From: Alkalilimnicola ehrlichii MLHE-1
GTDB taxonomy: Bacteria; Pseudomonadota; Gammaproteobacteria; Nitrococcales; Halorhodospiraceae
Assembly (NCBI RefSeq): GCF_000014785.1
Contig: NC_008340.1
Location: forward strand, 2,970,001-3,002,000
Length of the DNA: 32,000 bases
Direction of reading: 5' to 3'
Below, in pieces: positions 31,624 through 32,000 of this stretch. A program made the position numbers and the translations under genes. The first letter of the stretch is position 1, and the number at the start of each line of letters is the position of its first letter. The notes below the pieces were generated by a model, which did no database searches, was not told where the DNA came from, and saw nothing but the letters and a program-made list of their open reading frames with translations.

Positions 31624-32000
31624 ATGATCGACACCCTGTTGCAGAACACCCTCGCCATCACGCTGGCCGCCGCCCCCTGGCTGCTGCTGGGGCTGCTGGT
31701 GGCCGGCGCGGTGCGCGCCCTGATACCGGAGGACCAACTCCAGACCTGGCTGGGCGGCAGCGGCATCGCCCCCATCACCCGGGCGGCGCTGGTGGGGGCC
31801 CCACTACCGCTGTGCTCCTGCGGCGCGATCCCGACGGCGGTGGCCCTGCACCGCGGCGGGGCCTCCCGCGGGGCCTCCACGGCCTTCCTGATCGGCACCC
31901 CCGGCGTGGGGGTGGACTCCGTGATCCTCACCTGGGCGCTGCTGGGCCCCTTTATGGCCGTGGTCCGCCCCCTCGGGGCGGTGAGCACCGCCATCGCCAC
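31624..32000 (+). CDS. Permease of the ArsP/DUF318 (SO_0444-like) family, truncated by the window end
   Basis: Open frame from ATG 31624, not in the ORF track because no stop is reached: MIDTLLQNTLAITLAAAPWLLLGLLVAGAVRALIPEDQLQTWLGGSGIAPITRAALVGAPLPLCSCGAIPTAVALHRGGASRGASTAFLIGTPGVGVDSVILTWALLGP. CSCG motif present. Confidence 0.85.
   Translation, partial: MIDTLLQNTLAITLAAAPWLLLGLLVAGAVRALIPEDQLQTWLGGSGIAPITRAALVGAPLPLCSCGAIPTAVALHRGGASRGASTAFLIGTPGVGVDSVILTWALLGPFMAVVRPLGAVSTAIA

Overview
This 32-kb window is high-GC gammaproteobacterial chromosome, and nearly all of it is housekeeping sequence. The gene order suggests the Ectothiorhodospiraceae/Halorhodospiraceae area, but that placement is inference. 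On the minus strand lies a def-fmt-rsmB-(DUF4390)-ntrY-like-ntrX-like-trkA cluster. A plus-strand LysM-dprA-smg-topA-tsaC cluster diverges from it, followed by hemF and a truncated globin. After these come fbp, waaA, an lpxL-type acyltransferase, a tolC-family gene and a pcm-family gene (minus), then rpmB-rpmG (plus) with a clear promoter and terminator. The remaining genes are a DUF411 protein, a hydantoinase A-type protein (minus), an ABC-2 ATPase/permease/GldG-like/DUF4340 module, mutM, an AMP-forming acyl/acetyl-CoA synthetase-like gene (minus), and the start of an ArsP/DUF318-type permease. I found no convincing defence island, CRISPR array, prophage, transposase or clearly new multi-gene system. 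The items most worth a second look are: (1) a 218-bp nested palindrome with 45-bp perfect arms between waaA and lpxL; (2) a tsaC-hemF intergenic region with degenerate hairpin repeats and a separate 128-bp composite structure with 37-bp arms; (3) an NtrX-like regulator that has lost the GAFTGA loop and other AAA+ catalytic motifs; (4) a TopA without zinc ribbons, sitting where E. coli has the stand-alone zinc-ribbon gene yrdD; and (5) a CoA ligase with a divergent P-loop.
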